Shown here: positions 18,493 through 27,401 of the stretch, in pieces
Layout of the letters: each line of letters begins with the position of its first letter
How positions within the stretch are numbered: position 1 is the first letter of the stretch
DNA from: Candidatus Falkowbacteria bacterium
Lineage (GTDB): Bacteria; Patescibacteriota; Patescibacteriia; UBA11705
Reading direction: 5' to 3'
DNA: 64,000 bases
Assembly: GCA_003518055.1 (NCBI GenBank)
Contig: DOZJ01000002.1
Span: 55,225 to 119,224 of the forward strand
Notes under the pieces: model-generated
What the model saw: only the letters and a program-made list of their open reading frames with translations
Databases searched by the model: none
What the model was told of the DNA's origin: nothing
Made by a program: the position numbers and the translations under genes

Positions 18493-20499
18493 ATGATGAA
18501 AAAAATTGTTTCAGGAGTAATGTTGTTGTTTCTCGCATTATTAACCGCCGCTCCAGTCTTAGCTAATGATCCCTATGAAGATGACCAATGGTATTTGGAT
18601 CAAATCAATGTTCGGCCGGCTTGGGACATTACAACCGGGAACGATGAGATCGTCGTCGCGGTTCTTGATACCGGCGTGGATATGAACCACCCGGATTTGG
18701 TCGACAATCTCTGGACTAATCCAAACGAGATCTCGGGTGATGGCCGCGATAACGACAACAATGGTTTTATTGACGATGTTCACGGCTGGAATTTTATCTA
18801 TGACTCCAACGATCCTGAACCGCACATCACCTCAATCTACTCGGTTGAAGCGGTTAAACACGGAACCTTTGTGGCGGGGCTTATTTCCGCGGTTCATGAT
18901 AATAATGTCGGTATCAAGGGTGTCACCGCCAAGGTAAAAATCATGCCTCTGGTGGTCTTGAATGCCGCCGGCTTTGGTACTTCGACCTCAGTCTCCGATG
19001 CCATTCATTATGCGATTGATAATGGCGCCGATGTCATCAATTTGAGCTTTGGCGGCAGCGAACATTACAGCGCGCTCAAAAGCGCCATTGTCCGCGCTTA
19101 TGACAACAACGTGACCGTCGTGGCTGCCGCCGGCAATAGTATCAGCGGCGGGTTAAACTTGGCTGCGAGTCCGGTTTATCCAATTTGCTACGACAATGAT
19201 TGGGAATTGAACGCCATAATCGGTGTGGCCGCGACCGATGAAGACAACCAATTATCAGGTTATTCAAATTACGGCGGTGGCTGTATTGATATTGTCGCCC
19301 CCGGTGACAATATCACCAGCTTGGCATTTTACAATAATGAATTTAGTGATTTTTCCACCTTGGTCGAGCAGCAATACATGGGCACGTCTTTTTCCACGGC
19401 CTTGGTTTCAGGGACCGTGGCTTTGATGAAATCCATCAATCCAACCTTTACCACCGAACAAGTGGCGGAAATTCTGGCTTCAACCGCTGTAAATCTTGAT
19501 TCAATTAATCCGGATTACGTGGATCAACTTGGAGCCGGTCTATTAGACGCCGCCGCCGCCGTGACTGAGACGTATAATCAGTACAATGTTGAAAATCGTC
19601 TGAAATTTTATATCAGCGCGGATGAAAACCATCCAGCGGCGGCTTATGAGTATGATGTGACCTTTCGGCATCTGAATGATATTGAGGTTTTCGGTTCCGG
19701 TTTCATTGGCTTGAATCTTCAGTCCGGCGATTTGAACGCCGATGGCGTAGCCGATTTGGTGACGGCCGCCAAACCCGGGCAAATGCCGTTTGTCCGCGGT
19801 ATCAGTTCGGATAAAGTATTACTCAGCAGTTTTCTGGCGTTTGAAGATTCCTTCCGTGGCGGCGTTCGCGCCGACGCGGGCGATGTTGACAATGACGGCC
19901 AAATTGAATACGTAGTCGTGCCGGAAAAAGACCGCGCGCCGGTTGTTCGGGTTTTTGATCATAATGGTAAATTACAAACCGGATTCAAAGCCTTTGACCG
20001 CTCAGATTGGTTTGGTTTATCCGTCGCGGTGGGCGATGTGACTGGCGACTCTCGGGCTGAGATCGTGGTCGGCGCGCCAAAAGGCAGCACCCCGGAAGTG
20101 AAAATTTTCGACTCAAACGGCCACTTACTGAAAACTCTTTTGGTTTACGGCTCAAACTTTACCGGCGGCGTCAATGTGGCTCTCGGGGCTATCTCCGGCC
20201 GGGGCTATGATGATATTATCGTCGGCGCCGGCTTCGGCGGCGGTCCTCATGTTCGAGCGTTTTCTTATGATGGGTCTCTCCGCGCCAATTTTTTCGCTTA
20301 CAACGACAATTTCCGCGGCGGTGTCAGGGTTGCGGCCGGTGATTTTAATCTTGATGGTTACATCGATATTATTACCGCTCCGGGCAAGACTGGCGGTCCG
20401 CACGTCCGTATTTACACCCCGACCGGAAATATGCTCGGAGAATTCTTTGCCCTATCAGCTGATTATACCGGAGGGATTCAGGTCGCGGTTGGTGAATAA
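18493..20499 (+). CDS. Secreted subtilisin-like serine protease (peptidase S8) with C-terminal FG-GAP/VCBS repeats
   Basis: Catalytic triad contexts 'DTGVDMNHPDL', 'HGTFVAG' and 'GTSFSTALVSG'. Signal peptide. Repeated 'GD.N.DG..D' units. ATG at 18493 is preferred over the TTG at 18481. Confidence 0.85.
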   Translation: MMKKIVSGVMLLFLALLTAAPVLANDPYEDDQWYLDQINVRPAWDITTGNDEIVVAVLDTGVDMNHPDLVDNLWTNPNEISGDGRDNDNNGFIDDVHGWNFIYDSNDPEPHITSIYSVEAVKHGTFVAGLISAVHDNNVGIKGVTAKVKIMPLVVLNAAGFGTSTSVSDAIHYAIDNGADVINLSFGGSEHYSALKSAIVRAYDNNVTVVAAAGNSISGGLNLAASPVYPICYDNDWELNAIIGVAATDEDNQLSGYSNYGGGCIDIVAPGDNITSLAFYNNEFSDFSTLVEQQYMGTSFSTALVSGTVALMKSINPTFTTEQVAEILASTAVNLDSINPDYVDQLGAGLLDAAAAVTETYNQYNVENRLKFYISADENHPAAAYEYDVTFRHLNDIEVFGSGFIGLNLQSGDLNADGVADLVTAAKPGQMPFVRGISSDKVLLSSFLAFEDSFRGGVRADAGDVDNDGQIEYVVVPEKDRAPVVRVFDHNGKLQTGFKAFDRSDWFGLSVAVGDVTGDSRAEIVVGAPKGSTPEVKIFDSNGHLLKTLLVYGSNFTGGVNVALGAISGRGYDDIIVGAGFGGGPHVRAFSYDGSLRANFFAYNDNFRGGVRVAAGDFNLDGYIDIITAPGKTGGPHVRIYTPTGNMLGEFFALSADYTGGIQVAVGE

Positions 20500-20519
20500 C
20501 AATTAATTTCAATCAATAT

Positions 20520-21080
20520 ATGTTTCCCTTTCCAACCACAGAAGTCACTCCGAACAAAGCTGAATTTGACTTAAAGTTAGAGCCGATTTCTGATCCAGCG
20601 CAAGCGTTAAAATTTCTATGCGGCGTTGATTTCGATCCAAAATACAGCGATTGGAGTCATCGAATCCCGAGTTTTATCGAGACATACGCCGGTTCTTGGC
20701 GGATGCTCAAAATTCAAGACCGGTCAGGTGTTGATTGTGGTTTTTGCCTCATGTCGGATTCTCCGGAGAAGTTGGCTGCATGGAGCCGCAAGTTTACCTC
20801 GGCCGGTTGGATCAGGCAGCCGATTGATGTTCGATCATCAACCCAATTCGCTTACTTTTATATTTTTCCCACCAAACGCGGCGGCGGCCGAGGCACCAAA
20901 GCCCTTGAATTGATCAAACGTCAAGAAAAAGACCGCGGCAAAAAAACTATTTTTGGTTTTTCTCGTTATCCCGAGGTGATTCCGTTGTACCAAAAAACCG
21001 GCGCGGTTATTTTGAACCAAGAAAAAAAAGGCGATGAGGTTCGGAGTTATTATTATTGGGATTTAACCGCTGAGGTTTAA
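20520..21080 (+). CDS. Hypothetical protein, possibly GNAT-like acetyltransferase
   Basis: 'FYIFPTKRGGGRGTKAL' resembles GNAT motif A (R/Q-x-x-G-x-G/A). Weak. Confidence 0.35.
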   Translation: MFPFPTTEVTPNKAEFDLKLEPISDPAQALKFLCGVDFDPKYSDWSHRIPSFIETYAGSWRMLKIQDRSGVDCGFCLMSDSPEKLAAWSRKFTSAGWIRQPIDVRSSTQFAYFYIFPTKRGGGRGTKALELIKRQEKDRGKKTIFGFSRYPEVIPLYQKTGAVILNQEKKGDEVRSYYYWDLTAEV

Positions 21081-21137
21081 ACTCCCAGCCGTAATTGACG
21101 AATTACGTCATTATTGCGTAAGATATAGTAAGTAATT

Positions 21138-21176
21138 CCCTAAACCCTAAAAGCTAAACGCTAACCCCTAAACCCT
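21138..21176. repeat. Telomere-like heptamer repeats CCCTAAA / (a/c)GCTAAA abutting the rfbC start (...ccctATG)
   Basis: Direct reading of 'ccctaaaccctaaaagctaaacgctaacccctaaaccct'. Confidence 0.8.
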
Positions 21177-21632
21177 ATGATCTCCGGAGTTCAAATCAAA
21201 CCCATCAAACGCTTCTGCGATGACCGCGGTTATTTTTGCGAAGTTATTAAGTTCGGTGAAGACACTTATCACGAAGTCAAACAAACCAGCTATACCGAGA
21301 CGCATCCCGGCGTGATCAAAGCTTTCCATTGGCACAAAAAACAATGGGATGTCTGGTTCGTGGTTCGGGGTATGGCTCAGGTTGTGCTTCATGATATGCG
21401 CGATGACTCGCCAACCAAAGGCGAAACTCAAGTCATTTGCGCCGGCGAAGATAACCCGGTCTTGATTGCCATCCCGCCATTTGTGGCCCATGGTTATCGG
21501 GTTCTGGGAAACGAGAAGGTTTGTTTGTTTTATCACACGAGCGAAGCCTATGATCCGGCCAACCCGGATGAAGAGCGGATCGAATTTGACGACCCGAAAA
21601 TCGGCTTTGACTGGACCACCAAAAATCGTTAG
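21177..21632 (+). CDS. rfbC: dTDP-4-dehydrorhamnose 3,5-epimerase (short cupin form)
   Basis: 'DDRGYFCEV' and 'AFHWHKKQ' correspond to RmlC 'DERGFF' and 'GLHFQ' motifs. Confidence 0.7.
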   Translation: MISGVQIKPIKRFCDDRGYFCEVIKFGEDTYHEVKQTSYTETHPGVIKAFHWHKKQWDVWFVVRGMAQVVLHDMRDDSPTKGETQVICAGEDNPVLIAIPPFVAHGYRVLGNEKVCLFYHTSEAYDPANPDEERIEFDDPKIGFDWTTKNR

Positions 21633-21727
21633 TTGCTATCGCGTATGTTTTTTTGTCACGCTGAATTTAGTTCAGCGCCTAAGTCACCAGTGGCCACAAG
21701 TCATCAGCTGAATTATTATCATCATTT

Positions 21728-22309
21728 ATGCTCGAAAAAATCAAACAACACATGGAAAATTTTTTCGATCCGTTTTGCCGCCTTTTTTTCCCGGTGATCC
21801 CAATGTGGGTCACGCCGAATCGCTTGACCATAAGCAGATTAATCGGTGTGCCTTTTCTGATATATTTTTTATGGCAGGGCTGGTATGTTGGTTCGCTGGT
21901 TTTATTTATCCTTTTAGCCTTGACCGACATGTTCGACGGCGCTCTGGCTCGCGGCCGCAATATGATTACCGAGTTTGGCACTTTGCTTGACCCGCTCGCC
22001 GACAAAATTTTAATTGCCTCAGCCAGTTTGATTCTATTGATCAAGGTAAACCTGACTTTGGCTATTCTGGTCGTCGGACTGGATGTCATTGTCATCGTTT
22101 TGGGCGCGGTCGGAAAACTCATCGGCCACAAATTGACCTTGAAGGCTAATATTTGGGGCAAAACCAAATTAACCCTGCAGGTTCTAGGTATCGGTTTGGT
22201 ATTTTTGGGTTTTATTTTCAACTTCGTGTGGCTTCATAACGTGGCCGAATATTTTCTCTGGGCCGCTATCGGCTTTGCCATCATCAGTATTGTCAAAAAC
22301 GGGGCGTGA
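21728..22309 (+). CDS. CDP-alcohol phosphatidyltransferase family protein (PgsA-like)
   Basis: Signature 'D..DG.LAR......G..LD...D' present: 'DMFDGALARGRNMITEFGTLLDPLADK'. Multi-TM. Confidence 0.75.
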   Translation: MLEKIKQHMENFFDPFCRLFFPVIPMWVTPNRLTISRLIGVPFLIYFLWQGWYVGSLVLFILLALTDMFDGALARGRNMITEFGTLLDPLADKILIASASLILLIKVNLTLAILVVGLDVIVIVLGAVGKLIGHKLTLKANIWGKTKLTLQVLGIGLVFLGFIFNFVWLHNVAEYFLWAAIGFAIISIVKNGA

Positions 22310-22404
22310 GTTAATTGAGCGTATAGCGCCTCTGTCTGCTGGCAGACAGGTTTAGCGTCTAGGGTAGAGAAAAAACTAACCGCTGCACACCAACCCCTAA
22401 AATT

Positions 22405-22749
22405 ATGGATTGGAAAGAGCAATTTAACGAAGGTCAGGAGTTAGTCTTGGCCACAGCGTCAAAATCGAGTCTCCCCAACGCCAATATTGTGGTCTCATTA
22501 GGGTTCGTCGCCGAAAAATTATTGGTGGCCAACTGCCAAATGAATCAAACCATAAAAAATTTGACTGAAAACAATCGCATCTGCGTTATTGGCGGCTATT
22601 ATAGACTCAAAGGCACGGTGGAAATTTTTTCTTCAGGTGAATATTTTGATTTATGCCAGCAAAAAAACGCCGGTTATGAAGTTAAAAGCGCTATTTTGAT
22701 CACGGTCGATGAAATTTTTGATTTGAATGACCTGAAAGTCATAAGGTAA
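22405..22749 (+). CDS. Hypothetical small protein, possibly PNPOx-like FMN-binding split barrel
   Basis: 114 aa, size and pattern only. Confidence 0.3.
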   Translation: MDWKEQFNEGQELVLATASKSSLPNANIVVSLGFVAEKLLVANCQMNQTIKNLTENNRICVIGGYYRLKGTVEIFSSGEYFDLCQQKNAGYEVKSAILITVDEIFDLNDLKVIR

Positions 22750-22809
22750 CGAGCGCCCACTGCCGTTTTATATATTACACATTACATATTACACAAATAA
22801 TTCACCAAT

Positions 22810-23214
22810 ATGCCCGACTGTATTTTTTGTAAAATTATCGCCGGTGATATCCCGAGTTATAAAATCTATGAAGACGCTGAGTTTTTGGCATTTCTTGATA
22901 TTCGGCCGCTGACAAAAGGGCATGCTTTAGTTATTCCCAAGAAACACTATCGCTGGGTTTGGGATGTTGAAAATATTTCCGGCTATTACTCCGTGGTCAA
23001 AAAAATCGCCAACGCCCAAAAACACGCTTTTGGCACCGACCGGATTTTTTCTCTCGTTTTTGGCGAAGAAGTTCCTCATGCCCACGTTTGGCTCATCCCG
23101 AGATACGACGACGATGGCCATGGCCCGGCAATTGATTTAAAAAATATTCAAGAATATTCACCAGATCAAATGATGGCCTTCGCTGAAGCGATTAAAAATC
23201 ATTTGTCGGACTAG
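22810..23214 (+). CDS. HIT family hydrolase
   Basis: 'CIFCKII' start and histidine triad 'VPHAHVWLIP'. Confidence 0.85.
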   Translation: MPDCIFCKIIAGDIPSYKIYEDAEFLAFLDIRPLTKGHALVIPKKHYRWVWDVENISGYYSVVKKIANAQKHAFGTDRIFSLVFGEEVPHAHVWLIPRYDDDGHGPAIDLKNIQEYSPDQMMAFAEAIKNHLSD

Positions 23215-23286
23215 CGGATTCTGTTCCCTGACAGTTGTTTGATCTCCCCTAATTACTGATCACTGTTTACTCTTTACTTTTTCTAT

Positions 23287-23838
23287 ATGCACCAAGAATG
23301 GCAGACCATAAAAAGCAACGAGATTCACAAAAATCCTTGGTATCGTCTGGTTCAGGATGATGTGGTCATGCCGAGCGGCCAAGTTGGTAAATATACTTAT
23401 ATCGACCGCAGCCCGGGCGTGATTATCCTCGCTCTGACGCCGGGCAAAGAATTGTATATCGTTGGCCAATACCGCTACCCGGTCAAAAAGTTTTCCTGGG
23501 AATTGCCGATGGGTGCGGTTGAAACGGGGGATGCTGATGTTCTCAGCGCCGCCAAACGGGAGCTGTTGGAGGAGGTCGGGGTGGCCGCGGCCAAGTGGAC
23601 TGAGTTCGGCCATTTTGATTTTTGCAACGGCCTCTGCAACCAAGTAGCGCATATTTTTGTGGCGGAAGATTTGACCCAGCAGGAAGCCAATCCCGCCTTT
23701 ACCGAATTCATTACCATGAAACGAGTCCCGATCAATGAAATTGAACAGATGATCTCCCGCGGCGAGATTTCCAACGCCCCGACGATTAGCGCTTTTTATC
23801 GGTTTCAGTTGGGGAACAAGGGAGAGCAAGGGAGATAA
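23287..23838 (+). CDS. NUDIX hydrolase (ADP-ribose pyrophosphatase-like)
   Basis: Nudix box 'GAVETGDADVLSAAKRELLEEVGV'. Confidence 0.8.
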   Translation: MHQEWQTIKSNEIHKNPWYRLVQDDVVMPSGQVGKYTYIDRSPGVIILALTPGKELYIVGQYRYPVKKFSWELPMGAVETGDADVLSAAKRELLEEVGVAAAKWTEFGHFDFCNGLCNQVAHIFVAEDLTQQEANPAFTEFITMKRVPINEIEQMISRGEISNAPTISAFYRFQLGNKGEQGR

Positions 23839-23874
23839 GGGTTATCACGGGAAATCAAGGGGGATTTATAAGCC

Positions 23875-24110
23875 CGTGTCATGCTGAGCCCCGTCGAAGC
23901 ATAGACACGCGAAGGTGATTATTGAAACAAAAAACCAGGCTTCGAGAGCCTCAGCCTGACAAGACTGATAATCCAACATCCCAAAGGAATTTCAAGCATC
24001 AAAATAATTCGTGTCATGCTGAGCCCCGTCGAAGCATAGACACGCGAAGGTGATTATTGAAATAAAAAGCCAGGATTCGAGAGCTTCAATCTGACAAAAT
24101 AAGTAATCCT
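23875..24110. repeat. Two tandem copies (about 136-bp period) of a unit containing a conserved hairpin 'cgtgtcatgct-gagccccgtcga-agcatagacacg'
   Basis: The first 53 nt of each copy are identical (23875-23927 vs 24010-24062). The rest is about 85% similar. Confidence 0.7.
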
Positions 24111-24207
24111 ACATCCTCAACCCTACAACTTACTTCTTTCATTGACTTTTTATCAAATTTACCATAAGTTAAACATTACGGAGGGTTAATCTTCTAACGA
24201 TCGAATT

Positions 24208-25227
24208 ATGAAAATGCTTGTAACCGGAGGGGCCGGTTTTATCGGATCAAACTTTATCCGTTTTATTTTGACTAAATATCCTCATTACGCGGTAATTAAT
24301 TTTGATAAATTAACCTACGCCGGTAATTTGGAGAATCTGCGCGACGTTGAACATCACCCCAACTATTCTTTTGTTAAGGGTGATATTTTAAATACCGAAT
24401 TATTGATTCACGTGATGAAGGACGTGGACGTGGTCGCACATTTCGCGGCTGAGACCCACGTCGATCGCTCGATCCTCGGCGCCGACGCCTTTGTTCAGAC
24501 CAATGTTATCGGGACTTACTCTGTCATGGAGGCGGCGCGGCAGACCAAAGTTAAACGTTTTCACCATATTTCCACCGATGAAGTCTTTGGCTCGCTCGGG
24601 CCTGATGGTTATTTCACCGAAGACACGCCCTATGATCCTCGGAGTCCATACTCGGCGGCCAAGGCCGCCTCGGATCATTTGGTCCGGGCATATTATCACA
24701 CCCACGGCCTGCCGGCCACCATTTCCAACTGCACCAACAACTATGGCCCCTATATGTTTCCGGAAAAAATGATGCCGCTTTTTATCACCAATTTGCTCGA
24801 AGGCAAAAAAGTGCCGCTTTACGGCGACGGTTTGAATGTCCGCGACTGGATTCATGTCGACGATCACAATCGTGCCGTTGATTTGATTATTCACGAAGGT
24901 AAAGTGGGGGAGACCTACTGCATCAGCGCTAGGGAAGAAAAAACCAATCGGGAAGTTACTGATTTGGTTTTGCAAAAAATGGGTTTTGGCCCGGACATGA
25001 TCGAATACGTCGAAGACCGCAAAGGCCACGACCGGCGCTATGCCATCCGTCCCTATAAGCTGATGGCGGAACTGGGCTGGAAACCGGCCATCAGTTTTGA
25101 TCAGGGTTTGAGCCAGATGATCGAATGGTACAAGAATAATCCTGAATGGTGGAAGCGCGTCCGGAGTGGGGAGTACCAGAATTATTACGCCAAACAATAC
25201 GGCCAAAAAACCGGTATTACCATATAA
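24208..25227 (+). CDS. rfbB: dTDP-glucose 4,6-dehydratase
   Basis: 'MLVTGGAGFIGSNF' Rossmann start, 'YSAAKAASD' YxxxK. 339 aa. Confidence 0.9.
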   Translation: MKMLVTGGAGFIGSNFIRFILTKYPHYAVINFDKLTYAGNLENLRDVEHHPNYSFVKGDILNTELLIHVMKDVDVVAHFAAETHVDRSILGADAFVQTNVIGTYSVMEAARQTKVKRFHHISTDEVFGSLGPDGYFTEDTPYDPRSPYSAAKAASDHLVRAYYHTHGLPATISNCTNNYGPYMFPEKMMPLFITNLLEGKKVPLYGDGLNVRDWIHVDDHNRAVDLIIHEGKVGETYCISAREEKTNREVTDLVLQKMGFGPDMIEYVEDRKGHDRRYAIRPYKLMAELGWKPAISFDQGLSQMIEWYKNNPEWWKRVRSGEYQNYYAKQYGQKTGITI

Positions 25228-25263
25228 ATATCTCTAAAACAGGCCTTGAAACCTGTTTTTTTA

Positions 25264-25292
25264 TTGACAAAGAGTAAAGTTTTTGATATTAT
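25264..25292 (+). promoter_or_regulatory. Promoter TTGACA-17-TGaTATTAT
   Basis: ttgaca at 25264-25269, 17-nt spacer ending tga, tattat at 25287-25292. SD 'ggagg' before the ATG at 25325. Confidence 0.5.
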
Positions 25293-25324
25293 ACATTGTC
25301 CATACACTACCGGAGGAAAAAGTC

Positions 25325-25645
25325 ATGAGGGGACCGGTCATCGCCGCTCAGATGAATCCATCCACCGTCAACTTTATGGCCAAAGTTGAAGCTGAGTGTG
25401 ATCGTTATTTGGAACTCGAATTTATACCGGGATCAACATTTTTTCGACGGGAAATGACCATTCCGGTCGCCAACTGTGATGTTGGGTATATCAGTTATCC
25501 CAAGATGTTCGCGGCCTTGATTGCTCTTTATACTACCGGCGATGAATCATGGGCCCAAGCCGTGTTTACCTTGTTTTCAACTGAAAATCAGACTTGTGTC
25601 ATCGAAGTATTTTTGTCAACCGAAACAGCCGAAACCAAGGAGTGA
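25325..25645 (+). CDS. Small hypothetical protein (paralogue A)
   Basis: Start at MRGPVIAAQ after the SD. Shares 'M.GP...VEAECD..L.L.F.P.S' with the next ORF. Confidence 0.45.
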   Translation: MRGPVIAAQMNPSTVNFMAKVEAECDRYLELEFIPGSTFFRREMTIPVANCDVGYISYPKMFAALIALYTTGDESWAQAVFTLFSTENQTCVIEVFLSTETAETKE

Positions 25646-25650
25646 AACCC

Positions 25651-26028
25651 ATGATCGGACCCCATCAGGCGGAGGCCGTGATTTTGTCAGAAGATGAAAC
25701 TCGTGTTTTTCGGGTTATTGAGGCGGCTTGTGATGCCAATCTTCCGCTTCATTTTCAACCGGATTCTCTGACAACGGAATTTTCTTTTGCTGTTAATCCG
25801 CCGGCGTTTAGAGAGATTTTGTACCGGGGGGTTGAAATTGCTTTAGCCAAATGTTACACGACCCCTACCGAAAAGAATCCCAAAGCCTGGGCAGCAGCTG
25901 AATTCAGGATTCGCAGAAAAGATAATGGGGAATTTATCATTTCCGTTAAACTGTCAGTCGCGCCGGCGCAGGAAGCTCCACGGCCGGATTTTCATGATCT
26001 CCGTAGTGATGCTTTCCATAACAAGTAA
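25651..26028 (+). CDS. Small hypothetical protein (paralogue B)
   Basis: Start MIGPHQAEAV after SD 'aaggag'. Paralogous to 25325..25645. Confidence 0.45.
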   Translation: MIGPHQAEAVILSEDETRVFRVIEAACDANLPLHFQPDSLTTEFSFAVNPPAFREILYRGVEIALAKCYTTPTEKNPKAWAAAEFRIRRKDNGEFIISVKLSVAPAQEAPRPDFHDLRSDAFHNK

Positions 26029-26099
26029 TTGAATCGTCTAACCGCGATTCTTTTTTATTTTTGATAATCACAATCTTGTCTTTCAATGGGTTAAACCAC

Positions 26100-26128
26100 T
26101 TGACAAAATTATCCATTATCGTTAAATT
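26100..26128 (+). promoter_or_regulatory. Promoter TTGACA-17-TAAATT
   Basis: ttgaca at 26100-26105. The -10 is only 4/6. Confidence 0.3.
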
Positions 26129-26157
26129 AAATTAAACGCCAAAGGAGAGGAGGCAAT

Positions 26158-26391
26158 ATGGTTGGCAGCTTCGACGAAGACACAATTCTGGATGAATTTG
26201 ATCAGGAGGAGCCGGTTTTCCTGGCTACCTGCCCCAAATGCTCATATACATTTTCTGTCGATGAATTGGCAGTCGAGTGCAAGTGTCCGCGCTGCCGCTT
26301 TGTTTTTGACCATGAAGCTTCTACTGAAGCCCCGGAGCCGGATGATGATGTGGCGGATACTGTCGATGACCTGAATTTTGATGATCAATGA
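26158..26391 (+). CDS. Small acidic zinc-ribbon protein (CPKC...CPRC)
   Basis: 77 aa. Two CxxC pairs. Very acidic N- and C-terminal tails. SD 'aaaggagaggagg'. Confidence 0.5.
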   Translation: MVGSFDEDTILDEFDQEEPVFLATCPKCSYTFSVDELAVECKCPRCRFVFDHEASTEAPEPDDDVADTVDDLNFDDQ

Positions 26392-26490
26392 TCATCTCTT
26401 TTTATTTTGCGGATTTGACGAATTATAAACTCTGAGATACGGTGAAATCACGGTGAAGTTTTCCCATCACCACCATGGAAAGGCGAACCA

Positions 26491-27195
26491 ATGGGGCACA
26501 ATCCGCTGCAGTCGATTCCGGCCGGTGCCAAACGCGGCTGGTCAGTCAAAGTAAATGGAGCCGTGGTTGATCCGGTTTCGGTCGTAGAAATTTCCCATCC
26601 GCGTTATGGCGTCCTGAATTATGGTTCTGTTGGTGGGAGATATGACAGCTGGAATTTCATGGAGATTGGAAGCGGCGGTGTCGTTACCGTGCCATACGCC
26701 AGAGTAAATGGGGCTCTTTATATCGGCTTGGTTGATCAGGAGAGAGACAATCAAGGCGGTCGTGTTCTCAACGTTCCTCGTGGTTTTTTGGATCCCAAGG
26801 AAAAGCATTTTGAAGCCGCGGCCCGAGAACTGGAAGAAGAAACCGGTTTGGCCAATTTGAATGACCGAATGTCGGAGTTTCCCGGCCAGCGGGCCAATCC
26901 TAATTCCACATTCTTTGTAACTAACGGAGACAATGAAGGCGTAGCTTTCTTTGGTTTGGTTATCAAACCTCATGAATTGGAACGAGATCCCGGGCATGTT
27001 GTCCCTGAGCTTTCGGCCTCGGCAGTGGCTGTCGATCCGGTCGTCAGTCTCAAACTGAGGGCGGATATGGTTAAACCGGTTAGTAAACAAGCAGAATTGA
27101 TTTATAGTTGTTGTTTCCTTCCAATTTCGGTGGCCATTGCTCTTTCAGATATGTTCACCAAAGTCGCGGCCGGTCTGGTGCTGCAGCACGGTTAA
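26491..27195 (+). CDS. NUDIX-domain protein (divergent)
   Basis: Nudix box-like 'GFLDPKEKHFEAAARELEEETGL'. Confidence 0.55.
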   Translation: MGHNPLQSIPAGAKRGWSVKVNGAVVDPVSVVEISHPRYGVLNYGSVGGRYDSWNFMEIGSGGVVTVPYARVNGALYIGLVDQERDNQGGRVLNVPRGFLDPKEKHFEAAARELEEETGLANLNDRMSEFPGQRANPNSTFFVTNGDNEGVAFFGLVIKPHELERDPGHVVPELSASAVAVDPVVSLKLRADMVKPVSKQAELIYSCCFLPISVAIALSDMFTKVAAGLVLQHG

Positions 27196-27204
27196 GTTTA
27201 CATT

Positions 27205-27230
27205 AGAAAGCTAAAGAGCTTTCTTTTTTA
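27205..27230 (+). terminator. Rho-independent terminator (agaaagct-aaag-agctttct + T5)
   Basis: Perfect 8-bp stem and T-run. Confidence 0.6.
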
Positions 27231-27401
27231 ATCCAGCAAATCAAACCGTTTTATTTTCGATCCCCGCGAGAAATCTATCCCTCCAACAAATTCCTATTTA
27301 TTTCAATATGTTTCCCTATTCCAAATTTACTTATCTCGCATTCTTGCTCATCTCGCTTATCCAATTGACAATTATCCTCACTTTGCTACACTTAAATTAC
27401 T

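Noticed and set aside
21679-22221. 180-aa minus-strand ORF
   Set aside because: Overlaps the well-supported CDP-alcohol phosphatidyltransferase gene on the plus strand. Compositionally odd.
23260-23829. 189-aa minus-strand ORF
   Set aside because: Antisense to the Nudix gene, which has a clear Nudix box.
24400-25206. 268-aa minus-strand ORF
   Set aside because: Antisense to rfbB.
26542-27090. 182-aa minus-strand ORF
   Set aside because: Antisense to the Nudix-like gene 26491..27195.
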